Source: Nitrospirota bacterium (lineage in GTDB: Bacteria; Nitrospirota; UBA9217). Taken from it: a stretch of DNA of 64,000 nt. Below, one piece after another: positions 20,447 through 31,122 of this stretch. The notes under the pieces are model-generated. The model was not told where the DNA came from. It ran no database searches and saw nothing but the letters and a program-made list of their open reading frames with translations. Both the position numbers and the translations under genes were made by a program. Position 1 is the stretch's first letter, and every line of letters begins with the position of its first letter. The stretch is from positions 96,001 to 160,000 of the forward strand of contig CAVUHW010000022.1 in assembly GCA_963741205.1 (NCBI GenBank). The letters run 5' to 3'.

Positions 20447-22225
20447 ATGAAGAACGATATCTCGATAAAAGTATGTATGGGCACGGGCGGGATGGCGGCC
20501 GGCGGCGAACAGGTGAAGTCAACGTTCGAGAAGGCCTTTGCGGCCGCGGGCATTGCCGCACGCGTGGAGAAGAATTGCTCCGTGCACAAAGTGGGCTGCA
20601 GGGGGTTCTGCGCCCGTGACGTGCTGGTAGACGTTATTGTAGACGGGCACAAGTCCACCTACGAGTACATCAAAGCCGACATGGTCGAGCGGATCGTGAA
20701 CGAGCATGTCATGGGCGGCGCTCCTGTCGCCGAATGGCTCGTAAAGGACGATTACCACACCTTCCACGACAAGCAGGTCAAGGTTGTTCTTTCCGACTGC
20801 GGTGAGGTGGACCCGGAAGACATCGACTCGTACATCAGCCGCGGCGGGTACGAGGCCGTCAAGAAGGTGCTCACGACCATGGCCCCGCAGGAAATCATCG
20901 AGGTCATCAAGGCATCGGGTCTTCGCGGCCGCGGAGGCGCGGGCTTCCCCACCGGGACAAAGTGGGACATGGCGATCAAAGCGCCCGGTCCCGTCAAGTA
21001 CCTTATCTGCAACGCCGACGAGGGAGACCCGGGCGCGTTCATGGACCGATCCGTGGTCGAGGGAAACCCGCACGCGGTGCTTGAGGGCATGATCATCGGC
21101 GCCTATGCCATAGGCGCGCCCTATGGATACGTGTACATCCGGGCCGAGTACCCCCTCGCAGTTGAACGCCTCCACAAGGCGATCAAGCAGGCCACGGAAC
21201 GGGGCTATCTGGGCAAGAACATCTTCGGGAAAGACTTCGAGTTCAAGATCAAGGTGAAACTCGGGGCCGGAGCCTTCGTCTGCGGAGAAGAGACGGCCCT
21301 TATTGCTTCCATCGAGGGCAAGCGCGGACAGCCGCGGGCCAAGCCGCCTTTCCCCGTCCAGAAGGGCCTCTGGGGCTATCCCACGATCATCAATAACGTG
21401 GAGACGCTCGCGAACGTTCCGTACATCATGCGCAAGGGCGCCGCTTGGTATGCGAGCATGGGCACGGAAAAGAGCAAGGGGACGAAAGTCTTCGCGCTCA
21501 CCGGCAAGATCCTGAACTCGGGCTTGATCGAGGTGCCTATGGGCATCTCGCTCAAAGAGGTCATCTACGACATCGGCGGCGGCATCGAAGGCGGCAGGAA
21601 GCTCAAGGCCGTCCAGACCGGCGGCCCATCCGGCGGATGCATCCCCTCCTCCATCATCGACACCACCCTGGATTATGAGTCGCTCGGCAAGGTCGGCTCC
21701 ATCATGGGCTCGGGTGGCATGGTGGTCCTGGACGAGACAGACTGCATGGTGAACGTGGCCAAGTACTTCCTGCAGTTCACGCAGTCGGAATCCTGCGGAA
21801 AATGCGTGCCGTGCAGGATTGGCACCAAGCGTCTTCTCGAAATCCTGACGCGGATCACTCAAGGCAAGGGCAGGGAAGGCGACATCGACCTTCTCCAAAC
21901 TCTCGCCAGCGACGTGAAGACCTCGTCGCTCTGCGGACTCGGCCAGAGCGCGCCGAATCCGGTTCTCTCCACGATCAAATATTTCCGCGACGAGTACGAC
22001 GCGCATATCTACGAACACCGCTGCCCGGCGGGCGTGTGCAAGGACCTGCTCACCTATTCCATCCTTGAGGAGTTCTGCAAGGGCTGCACCCTCTGCACGC
22101 GGGTCTGTCCCGCTGGCGCCATCATGGGTGAGAAAAAGAAGCCGCATAAGATCGTGCAGGACCTCTGCATCAAATGCGGCGCCTGCTTCGAAACGTGCAA
22201 GTTCAAAGCGATCAAAAAAGGGTAA
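20447..22225 (+). CDS. NuoF/HydB-like FMN/NADH subunit (long form)
   Basis: GLRGRGGAGFPTG, NADEGDPGAFMDRS, GGPSGG, ESCGKCVPCR and a C-terminal 2x[4Fe-4S] domain. Confidence 0.95.
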   Translation: MKNDISIKVCMGTGGMAAGGEQVKSTFEKAFAAAGIAARVEKNCSVHKVGCRGFCARDVLVDVIVDGHKSTYEYIKADMVERIVNEHVMGGAPVAEWLVKDDYHTFHDKQVKVVLSDCGEVDPEDIDSYISRGGYEAVKKVLTTMAPQEIIEVIKASGLRGRGGAGFPTGTKWDMAIKAPGPVKYLICNADEGDPGAFMDRSVVEGNPHAVLEGMIIGAYAIGAPYGYVYIRAEYPLAVERLHKAIKQATERGYLGKNIFGKDFEFKIKVKLGAGAFVCGEETALIASIEGKRGQPRAKPPFPVQKGLWGYPTIINNVETLANVPYIMRKGAAWYASMGTEKSKGTKVFALTGKILNSGLIEVPMGISLKEVIYDIGGGIEGGRKLKAVQTGGPSGGCIPSSIIDTTLDYESLGKVGSIMGSGGMVVLDETDCMVNVAKYFLQFTQSESCGKCVPCRIGTKRLLEILTRITQGKGREGDIDLLQTLASDVKTSSLCGLGQSAPNPVLSTIKYFRDEYDAHIYEHRCPAGVCKDLLTYSILEEFCKGCTLCTRVCPAGAIMGEKKKPHKIVQDLCIKCGACFETCKFKAIKKG

Positions 22226-22227
22226 CC

Positions 22228-24904
22228 ATGTTAAAACTCATCATTAACAACAAACACATAACCGCGCCGATGGGCGTAACCATCCTCGAGGCCGCACGGC
22301 GCAACGACATCCACATTCCCACGCTCTGCGACGACCCGCGGCTTGAACCCCACGGCGGATGCAGGCTTTGCCTGGTCCAGGTCAAGGGCATGCCCCGTCC
22401 GGTGACGGCATGCACGACGCCGGCGACCGATGGCATGGACGTGGAAACGTCGAACGAGCTGATCGAGCGCCAGCGACGAACCATTGTCGAACTGCTCCTT
22501 TCCGACCATCCCGAACGACTGCATGGTCTGCGAGCGGGCAGGGGACTGTACACTCCAGGAACTGGCCTACTTCTACGACCTCCGTGCGAACCGCTTCTGG
22601 GGCCAGCGGCGCCAGTACACCAAAAAGGACATGAACCCCTTTATCGAACGGGACATGGAGAAGTGCGTCCTGTGCGGCAAGTGCGTCCGGGTCTGCGACG
22701 AGATCCAGGGCCTCGGAGCGATCGACATCTCCGGCAGGGGATTCACCGCCAAGGTGACGCCGGCCTTCGAAAAGGACCTGGACTGCGAATTCTGCGGCCA
22801 GTGCGTCAGCATCTGCCCGACCGGCGCGCTCATCTCCAAGCAGGCCCTGGGCAAGGGCAGGGAAAAGGACGTGAAGGAAGTCGAGACCATCTGCTCCTAC
22901 TGCGGATGCGGATGCAACCTCACCCTGCACGTCTCCAGGAATGAAGTGGTGCGCGTCACCTCGCGCCGTGACACGATCAACGAAGGCTGGCTCTGCGTCA
23001 AGGGGAGGTTCGGCCAGGGCTTCCTCAACAGCCCGGACCGGCTCACGACGCCGCTCATCAGGAAGGACGGCGCGCTCGTACCCGCCTCCTGGGACGAGGC
23101 ATTCGGCCTACATCGCCGAGAAGCTTGCCGCCATCAAGAAGAAGCACGGTCCCGATGCAATCGGCGGCCTCTCCTCGGCACGTTGCACCAACGAGGAAAA
23201 CTACCTATTCCAGAAATTCATGCGCGCGGGCATTGGCACGAACAATGTCGACCACTGCGCACGCTACTGACACAGCACGACTGTGGCCGGTCTGGCCACC
23301 GTATTCGGTTCCGGGGCAATGACGAATTCGATCGCGGAGATCGAGAACAACGATGTGCTGTTCGTCATCGGCTCCAATACCAAGGAGAACCATCCCATTG
23401 TCGCGCTCCGGATGATCAAGGCGAAGAGGAAGGGCGCGAAGATCATCATCGCCGATCCGCGGCGCGTGCCTCTGGTCCGCTTCGCCGACATCTGGATGCA
23501 GCACAAACCCGGAACGGACGTGGCGCTCTTAAACGGGATGATGCACGTGATCATGAAGGAGGGCCTCGAGGACAAGGACTTCATCGCGTCCCTGACCGAG
23601 GGCTTTGACGACGCGTTCAGAAAGAACATCGAGGAGTTCACACCCGAGGCCGCCTCGAAGATCACCGGCGTCCCTGCGGAAACCATCGTGAAAGCCGCAC
23701 GGATGTACGGCGAGTCCGACAAGGCCGGCATCTACTACACCATGGGGATCACCCAGCATGCCCACGGCACGGAGAACGTATTCTCTATCGCCAACCTCGC
23801 GCTGATGACCGGAAACCTGGGCAAGGAAAGCGCGGGAGTCAACCCGCTACGCGGCCAGAACAACGTCCAGGGCTCCACGGACATGGGGTGCAGCCCCAAC
23901 AACTATCCCGGATACCAGAAGGTGAGCCTCCCGGAGAACCAGGCGGAAGTTCGAGGAGCTGTGGAAGGTGAAACTTTCGACCCAACGAAGGGATCACCGC
24001 GTCCGGAGATGCTCGACGCGGCGGAAAAGGGGACGTTCAAGGCCCTGTACATCATGGGCGAGAACCCCGTCGTCTGCGACCCGAACATGGCGCACACCAT
24101 CAAAGCGCTCAAGGCGCTCGAATTTCTGGTGGTCCAGGACATCTTCATGACTGAGACCGCCGAGCTGGCCCACGTGGTCCTGCCTGCCACGGCCTTCGCC
24201 GAGAAGGATGGCACGTTCACGAACACCGAACGCCGCGTGCAGCGCGTCGGCACGCCGTAAACCCCCCGGGGGAGGCCAAGGGGGATTGCAGATCATCATG
24301 GAGCTTTCCAGGCGGATGGGCTATGAGATGAGCTACGCCCACACGGTAGAGGTGTTCCGCGAGATCTGCCGGGCATGGCCTGCCATGGAGGGCATGAGCT
24401 ACGCGAGGCTGCAGGACGGGGGCCTCCAGTGGCCCTGCCCGCACCCGACCATCCGGGAACGCCGTATCTGTTCAAGGGCGGGTTCCCGCGCGGGAAAGGC
24501 AGGTTCACCTCGTCACATACAAGCCGTCCATCGAACAAACGGACACAGAATATCCCTTCCTCCTGACCACGGGCGGCAGCTGTTCCAGTATCACACCGGC
24601 AGCATGACGAGGCGCGTGAAAGCGATCGACACGGTGTCGCCCGAGGCGTTATGTCGAGATCAATCCGGCGGACGCGAAGGCCCTGTCCCTTGCGAGGGAG
24701 GCTCGAAGGTCAAAGTGAGCTCGCGGCGCGGGTCCATCACTGTGAAAGCACGTGGTTTCCAAGCGGCCGGCAAAGGGCGTGGTATTCATCCCCTTCCATT
24801 TCAAGGAAGCGGCGGCCAACATGCTGACGAGCAACACCTCGCTCGATCCTATAGCAAAGATCCCCTCCTTCAAGGTTTCCGCAGTTCGGATCGAAAAGGC
24901 GTAA
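22228..24904 (+). CDS. fdhA: Formate dehydrogenase alpha subunit (NuoG-like N-terminus + Mo/W-bisPGD domain); selenoprotein; several indels
   Basis: [61 protein letters not shown] and LDPIAKIP motifs. Confidence 0.92.
23268..23299 (+). promoter_or_regulatory. Selenocysteine UGA codon and bacterial SECIS hairpin
   Basis: In-frame TGA at the catalytic Cys/Sec position; GTGGCC-GGTCT-GGCCAC stem-loop 12 nt downstream resembles the fdhF SECIS. Confidence 0.88.
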
Positions 24905-24996
24905 TCACGGATTACGCGGAGACGTTCGGAGTCTCAAAGATAGTATTTCAATGTGAGCCACACGAGGCCCGCATATTAAAAAAAGGAGGAATTGCT

Positions 24997-26762
24997 ATGC
25001 CCTATGATGCAACGAAGTTAGCCGACTGGCAGATTTCCGAAGAAGCGGAAAAGAAAATGCCCACGCCGGAACAGTGGCGCGAGAAACTGGGCCTGCAAAA
25101 GGACGAGATGCTGCCCATGGGCCGCCTGTCCAAGATCGACTTTCTCAAGGTCATCAACCGCCTCAAGAACAAGCCTGACGGCAAGTACATCGAGGTGACC
25201 GCCATCACCCCGACCCCTCTGGGCGAAGGCAAAAGCACCACCTCGTGCGGTCTGATGGAAGGCCTGGGCAAGCGCGGTGTGAACGTCGGCGGGGCGCTGC
25301 GCCAGCCTTCCGGCGGTCCCACCATGAACGTCAAGGGCACCGCGGCCGGCGGCGGCAACTCCCTGCTGATCCCCATGACCGAGTTCTCACTGGGCCTCAC
25401 CGGCGACATCAACGACATCATGAACGCCCACAACCTGGCCATGGTGGCGATGACCTCCCGCATGCAGCACGAGCGCAACTACAACGACGAGCAGCTGGCG
25501 CGTCTCACCAAGATGAGGCGTCTCGACATCGACCCCACCCGCGTGGAGATGGGGTGGATCATGGACTTCTGCGCCCAGAGCCTCCGCAATATCATCATCG
25601 GCATCGGCGGCCGGACGGACGGCTTCATGATGCAGTCCAAGTTCGGCATCGCTGTCGGCTCCGAGTGCATGGCCATCCTGTCCATAGCCAAAGACCTCGC
25701 GGACCTGAAGCAGCGCCTGAACAACATCACCGTTGCCTTCGACAAAAGCGGCAAACCGGTTACCACCGGCGATCTGGAAGTCGGCAACGCCATGGCCGCC
25801 TTCATGCGCAATACCATCAACCCCACCCTCATGTGCACGGCCGAATACAACCCCTGCTTCGTCCATGCCGGGCCGTTCGCCAATATCGCCGTCGGCCAGT
25901 CATCCATCATCGCCGACCGCGTCGGCCTGAAGCTGTTCGACTACCATGTGACCGAGTCCGGCTTTGCGGCCGACATCGGCTTTGAGAAGTTCTGGAACGT
26001 CAAGTGCCGTTTCAGCGGCCTGAAACCCCACGTTTCGGTGCTCACCACCACCGTCCGCGCCCTGAAGATGCACGGCGGCGGCCCCAAGGTCGTGGCCGGC
26101 AAGGCCCTGCCCGAAGAGTACACCAAGGAGAATGTGGGCCTGGTTGAAAAGGGCTGCGCCAACATGGTCCACATGATCAACGTCATCCGCAAGTCCGGCA
26201 TAAACCCGGTGGTCTGCATCAACCGTTTTTACACCGACACCGAATGCCGAAGTGGCCGCTGTCAAGAAGGCCGCCGAAGCAGCCGGCGCCCGCTGCGCCG
26301 AATCCCAGCACTGGCTCAAGGGCGGCGAGGGGGCACTGGAACTGGCCGACGCGGTCATCGACGCCTGCAACGAGAAGAACGATTTCAAGTTCCTCTACCC
26401 GCTGGAGATGAAGCTGCGCGACCGCGTGGCGCTAATCGCCAAGGAAGTGTACGGCGCCGACGGCGTTTCCTGGCTGCCCGAAGCTGAAGCCAAGGCCAAG
26501 ATGCTGGAAGACGATCCCAAGTACGCCGACTACGCCACCATGATGGTCAAGACCCATCTGAGCCTCACCCACGATCCGACCGCTCAAGGGAGTGCCCAAG
26601 GGCTGGACGCTGCCCATCAGGGACGTCCTGATCTACTCGGGCGCCAAGTTCCTGTGCCCGTGCGCAGGGACGATCAGCCTCATGCCCGGAACGAGCTCCA
26701 ACCCGGCATTCCGCCGCGTGGACGTGGATGTAAACACCGGCAAGGTCTCAGGGCTGTTCTAA
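24997..26762 (+). CDS. fhs: Formate--tetrahydrofolate ligase; indels near the 3' end
   Basis: [38 protein letters not shown] and EKFWNVKCR motifs. Confidence 0.96.
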
Positions 26763-26778
26763 AAAGGTTTAAAAAAAG

Positions 26779-26814
26779 CAAAAGCCTCCAGATATTCCTT
26801 CTGGAGGCTTTTGT
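26779..26814 (+). terminator. Intrinsic terminator ending the C1 cluster
   Basis: aaaagcctccaga...tctggaggctttt followed by T-rich sequence. Confidence 0.8.
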
Positions 26815-27102
26815 GTTTTTAAAGGGTTTTTCTGAGTCTTCATTCCTTTCGATAAAATCGATATCCCCGCTGGTCCTAAAAGTGTTGTTACATAACAAGC
26901 CATGCAGTCCAAAGTCATAGGATGTTCGTATTTTGGGGTGATGATACTTCATAGCATAGTATTAATATAGTCGCACGATTTATGTCTATCTTGACATTAA
27001 GGACGGTAAGTTTTAATTTATTTATAGGGCTGTTGAAGCAGTCAAATTTCTCGATTGCTCGCGAATAGATTCAAGGAGCAGCCCTGAAGGGAAGTGAAGA
27101 TA

Positions 27103-27426
27103 ATGTCAACCAAGACGGGTAAAATCATCCTGACGTTCGGGATCATCGTCGCATCGCTGTTGATCGGAATGACGATCATCATGAGTGGCAGCGCGTTTGC
27201 GGCGGTTGCAGTACCGAACGCAGGTGTTGTTCAGCCGCCGATCAACCAGCCGTTAGCGCCCAGAGTGGCGCCGGGGCCCATCATCGCGCCGAGGCCGGCT
27301 GTTGAATCACGGCCGTTCTTTGCACCGCAGCCGTTTGAACAACCATTCTTCCCGGGCTTCAATCCGTTCTTCTTCAATGAGGGGTTGAATCCATTTTTCT
27401 TCAATGAGGAGGGATTTGTTGACTGA
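27103..27426 (+). CDS. Small secreted Pro/Phe-rich low-complexity protein
   Basis: Signal peptide ending SAFA; PFF repeats; duplicated NPFFFNE. Confidence 0.65.
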   Translation: MSTKTGKIILTFGIIVASLLIGMTIIMSGSAFAAVAVPNAGVVQPPINQPLAPRVAPGPIIAPRPAVESRPFFAPQPFEQPFFPGFNPFFFNEGLNPFFFNEEGFVD

Positions 27427-27560
27427 GACTAAACGGTTAAGAACGGGAGAATCATAGAGAGGATGGCGGAAACGCCATCCTCTTTTTTGCGCTTCATATT
27501 TTCTGCAAGCATTTTTCCGGTCCAATCATGGCGGCACCGTTATCCGGCAGATGGAAACGT

Positions 27561-27950
27561 CTATAAGCCGATAGACTTCATAACGGTAATTCCAGCCGCC
27601 AGCATTGCGAACCAGAGGGCCAAGTCGAAGACTGCGGCTTCCGCGTCAAGCCTGCCGTTGTGATATACCACGGCATGCTTCAAGGGACCGGGCGTCCGAA
27701 CCGAAAGGACCGCGGACGCTAAGAAAACTCCTCCGAAAACGATCAAAGTCAGGGCCGCCACCCAAGCTGTTTTTAACCCGCCCGCGAGCGCCGGAAACAG
27801 CCAATTATCCGCCGCCCATGCCAGGGCCATGAGCACAGCGAAAAAACCGATGAACGCCTCGCCCTTTCTATTCTCGGGGATGCGCTCCGAAAAAAGCGCT
27901 GTTAATACTGTAGAAACCGTCAGCGCAAAAAGCAGATACACGAGTAGCAT
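27561..27950 (-). CDS. Hypothetical membrane protein
   Basis: About four hydrophobic segments. Confidence 0.6.
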   Translation of the reverse strand: MLLVYLLFALTVSTVLTALFSERIPENRKGEAFIGFFAVLMALAWAADNWLFPALAGGLKTAWVAALTLIVFGGVFLASAVLSVRTPGPLKHAVVYHNGRLDAEAAVFDLALWFAMLAAGITVMKSIGL

Positions 27951-28236
27951 CTTAATCACCTCGCCTTCGCGACAAGCATGATGTCGCATGAAGAGGGTCG
28001 CGTTGACCTCCTTCTATTCATATTGTAGCACCCCGCATCAGGCATAGCCGCTCGCGGTGCAGGACTAATCATCTGGTCGTTACGGCAAGAAAATTTGCAA
28101 CGGACTCTTCTCCGGTAATCCTTTTCGCCTAGCCACGTGTTGCCAAATTTCGTAACCCGTAATATATTTAAAACAGGAAGCAAGGAACCCTGCTATTGCA
28201 TGGTCGGATATCTCACAAAGAAGGGAGGCGCAGATT

Positions 28237-28635
28237 ATGGCACCAAGAGCGACGAGAACTGCAACTCAAACGGCAAAGGCAACGGACCTTCTCACCGTGA
28301 TTGTCGCTGTCATGGTAACCGCGCTTTTCATCATATCCATCGCAAGCATCGCAAGGGCGGGGGAAAGCATGCAGGGAAATGCAGAAACCCTTAACGGAAA
28401 GATTACGGCGGTCGACACATTTCACCAAATGAAAAGCCTGACGCTGCAATCGCATGAACTTGGTAAAACAATCCCGGATGACGAATTGAACATCTTCGTA
28501 AGCGGTCAGACGACTGTGAAGGTGTGCGATGCAGACAAGCCGTTAGAAGTCATCAAGGTCGGAAGCAACGTGGAGGTAACCTATTATGAGCTGGCAGGCA
28601 TAGCTGTCGCCAGCTTCATTTACGCGCCCTGCTGA
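28237..28635 (+). CDS. Exported hypothetical protein (OB-fold-like)
   Basis: GGAGG RBS, N-terminal hydrophobic helix, GKITAVD..IKVGSNVEVTY. Confidence 0.65.
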   Translation: MAPRATRTATQTAKATDLLTVIVAVMVTALFIISIASIARAGESMQGNAETLNGKITAVDTFHQMKSLTLQSHELGKTIPDDELNIFVSGQTTVKVCDADKPLEVIKVGSNVEVTYYELAGIAVASFIYAPC

Positions 28636-28652
28636 TCCGGTTTAGTGATCCT

Positions 28653-28681
28653 AAAAAGCGCCGCATCCTGCGGCGCTCTTT
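28653..28681. terminator. Bidirectional terminator
   Basis: aaaaagcgccgca-tcc-tgcggcgctcttt between convergent genes. Confidence 0.65.
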
Positions 28682-28749
28682 AGAGAGGGCATGCGCGCGG
28701 AGGGAAGATAACATGCCGGATGATCTTCTTCCGGGCCGAGCAAATTGGA

Positions 28750-29088
28750 TCAGTGCCATCTCGGCAACTGCTTTTTTAAATCAGCGCCATACTGCGCCAG
28801 GAGGTGGACGCGTTGAAGGAGTATTTCCTTCGCCGTCTCGTAGAATGGCCTTGCCTCTTCCACATGGATTTTTCTGTCCCTGAATGTGGCTCCGTTAAAA
28901 CAATTGACTGCCCGGAAGGCATCCACATCGAGAGACATTTCCACGTACCCCGCGCATTTGGGACGCCGCGTGATCAGATCGGTCTCCAGTTTAACGGATT
29001 CGACGGCCCCGATCTGTGAAAAGATGTCCTCCAGCCTGTCTTCGGTTATGTCGCAGGGAAGATTTTCTACATAGACTTTCGCCGCCAT
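28750..29088 (-). CDS. RRM-domain RNA-binding protein
   Basis: KVYVENLP (RNP2), AGYVEM (RNP1) and IHVEEARP motifs. Confidence 0.88.
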   Translation of the reverse strand: MAAKVYVENLPCDITEDRLEDIFSQIGAVESVKLETDLITRRPKCAGYVEMSLDVDAFRAVNCFNGATFRDRKIHVEEARPFYETAKEILLQRVHLLAQYGADLKKQLPRWH

Positions 29089-29170
29089 GTGCTCTACCTC
29101 GCCATTTTGAGTTTTGAATACGCTTCATGAAAGAGGGGGTTCAATTTTTCCGGTGTTCATACGTTTCCGG

Positions 29171-29808
29171 CTACCGACGGAAGAGTACGCGATCCATGTA
29201 GATCGTTCCTCCTCCCACGCTTTTCTGATTATGGGAGCCTGTCAACGTCTTTCCGTCCCCGGAAAGGATGAGATCGTAAGTTTCCGTCTTCCAGTACCCG
29301 ACAACCGATTTCATTTTCCACCGGAGCTGCAACTTCAGGTTCCTGTCGTTGATTTCGAACTGGGTTACGCTTGCATAGCTGTCGGCGGCTCGTTTCGGCG
29401 GTGCAAGGACGAAGTCGCCGCTCGCGTTTTTGCTTATTTCGAACGCTTCAATGGTAAACTCTTCCCCGCGGAGAACATCCTTGAAATACCAGGATCCGAC
29501 AAAGTTCTGCAGATTAGATTTTTTTTCGTCCGGCATCTTGATGATGCCCTGCTGGTTTTCGCCGGGCTCCATTTCCGGCGACGGCTTGCCGGCCATCCTC
29601 TGCGATCTGCCGGCGCCGACCGTTGGCGCCGACGGGCTCTTGCCCGCTTTAAGGTCTTCTGCTTCGGCCGCAAGAGCGTAGATCGAGTTCTTGATATCCC
29701 GATGCTGCGCTTCGGGAGGCCACCGGATTCTTTCTGCGCAGCGAAGCCCGGTGCGGACAATGACATCATCAGCGCGGCGGTCAACAGCGTGCGCGTCGCA
29801 TAAGCCAT
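29171..29808 (-). CDS. Secreted hypothetical protein; one indel
   Basis: Signal peptide (MAYATRTLLTAALMMSLSAPGFA) with AGGAG RBS joins the 29171 frame. Confidence 0.55.
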
Positions 29809-30003
29809 GTATAACTCCTTGCTGTTTGCTCTCGGAGCGCCGCGCGCGAGGCATCGGCGGACGGGCGTAACACCTTGATTTCTAGATTAAATAATGATAA
29901 AGCCTCGCGACCATATTATAGGAAACCATGTTAAGAGTCAAGAAGGTTTCCTCTTCATTTTTCAACTTGTCTAAAACAAGATGATACGTTAATATACAAA
30001 ATT

Positions 30004-30282
30004 ATGAATATCTGCCATTCCTGCAATAAGGCGTTGACAATCGGCCGGAGCGTAGGAAGAAGGGATGCCTGTCCCTCCTGCGGGGCCGACCTGCGCTGCT
30101 GCCTCAATTGCAGATTCCACGATCCTGCTGTCTCGAAACAGTGCCGGGAAACCGTTGCGGAGCTGGTGAAGGAAAAAGCAAAAGCCAATTTTTGCGATTA
30201 TTTCGTGTTCGCCGACAGGTCGAGCGTCAAAGGCAATGCCGATGAAGCGCGCCGCGCGCTCAACGATCTCTTCAAGAATTAA
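30004..30282 (+). CDS. Small Cys-rich zinc-ribbon hypothetical protein
   Basis: CHSC, CPSC, CCLNC, ANFCDYF and LNDLF pattern. Confidence 0.75.
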   Translation: MNICHSCNKALTIGRSVGRRDACPSCGADLRCCLNCRFHDPAVSKQCRETVAELVKEKAKANFCDYFVFADRSSVKGNADEARRALNDLFKN

Positions 30283-30299
30283 CGGGTGCGGATGCCGGG

Positions 30300-31121
30300 A
30301 TGATAAAACTTGACAAGAAGACCATCGCCGGCGTATCGTTGGCCGGCCTCGTGCTGGCCGGCGTTGTCTATCTTCTGTATGCCCATGGATTTATCGAGTA
30401 TTTCACCAACCGGCACCGGCTGCTGAACCTCATCAACGCGCATCGCGCATATGCTGCTTTTATTTTCATCGGACTCCAGGCGCTGCAGGTCGTTGCGGCC
30501 CCTGTTCCCGGCGAGGTGACGGGCTTTGTCGGCGGGGTGTTTTTCGGACCGATGTGGGGCACACTCTATTCGACCGTAGGACTGGCCCTCGGCTCATGGG
30601 TGGCGTTTCTCCTTGCCCGGCTCGCTGGCCGGCCCCTCGTCGAGAGGGTCGTGAAACGCGAGACGATCGATCGTTACGACTACGTGATGAAACACAAAGG
30701 CATGTTCCTCGCCTTTCTCATGTTTCTCATCCCCGGCTTTCCCAAGGACATTCTCTGCTACCTGCTCGGACTGGGACATATGGGTCAGCGTGATTTTCTC
30801 ATCGTCTCGACATCCGGCCGGCTCCTCGGCACCACGCTGCTCACGCTCGGAGGCACATTCTTCCGCCACCGGCGGTACGGCGCGCTCTTCACGCTGGCCG
30901 GCGTAAGTATTTTCCTCATTTTGCTCACCATGATCTACCGCGAGACCATCGAGCGCTGGTTCCGCAGGATGCGCGCGGCTCAGCTTCTCAAACAGCGGGC
31001 AAACCGCGCCCGTCTGAAGAAAAGGCAGATAAGCGCAAAGCGCATAGCGAGCATCTTTTACGCATGGCGTTGCTTTCAGCATTTTCGCTATGCTCTTTGC
31101 GCTCTGCGCCATGCTCATTAG
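30300..31121 (+). CDS. TVP38/TMEM64 (DedA/VTT) membrane protein; 3' end uncertain
   Basis: LQVVAAPVPGE, FLIPGFPKDILCYLLGL and GRLLG motifs. Confidence 0.85.
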   Translation: MIKLDKKTIAGVSLAGLVLAGVVYLLYAHGFIEYFTNRHRLLNLINAHRAYAAFIFIGLQALQVVAAPVPGEVTGFVGGVFFGPMWGTLYSTVGLALGSWVAFLLARLAGRPLVERVVKRETIDRYDYVMKHKGMFLAFLMFLIPGFPKDILCYLLGLGHMGQRDFLIVSTSGRLLGTTLLTLGGTFFRHRRYGALFTLAGVSIFLILLTMIYRETIERWFRRMRAAQLLKQRANRARLKKRQISAKRIASIFYAWRCFQHFRYALCALRHAH

Positions 31122-31122
31122 T

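Noticed and set aside
20519-22147. Long antisense ORFs (for example 542 aa here and 403 aa opposite acsC)
   Set aside because: Shadow frames of high-GC3 genes on the opposite strand
6488-26762. Frameshifts in metF, panB, acsB, fdhA and fhs as pseudogenes or programmed frameshifts
   Set aside because: Single-base indels are scattered through many conserved genes whose motifs are otherwise intact; sequencing error is far more likely
28082-28100. Sigma-54 promoter CGGCAAGAAAATTTGCA
   Set aside because: GG-to-GC spacing is 11, not the required 10
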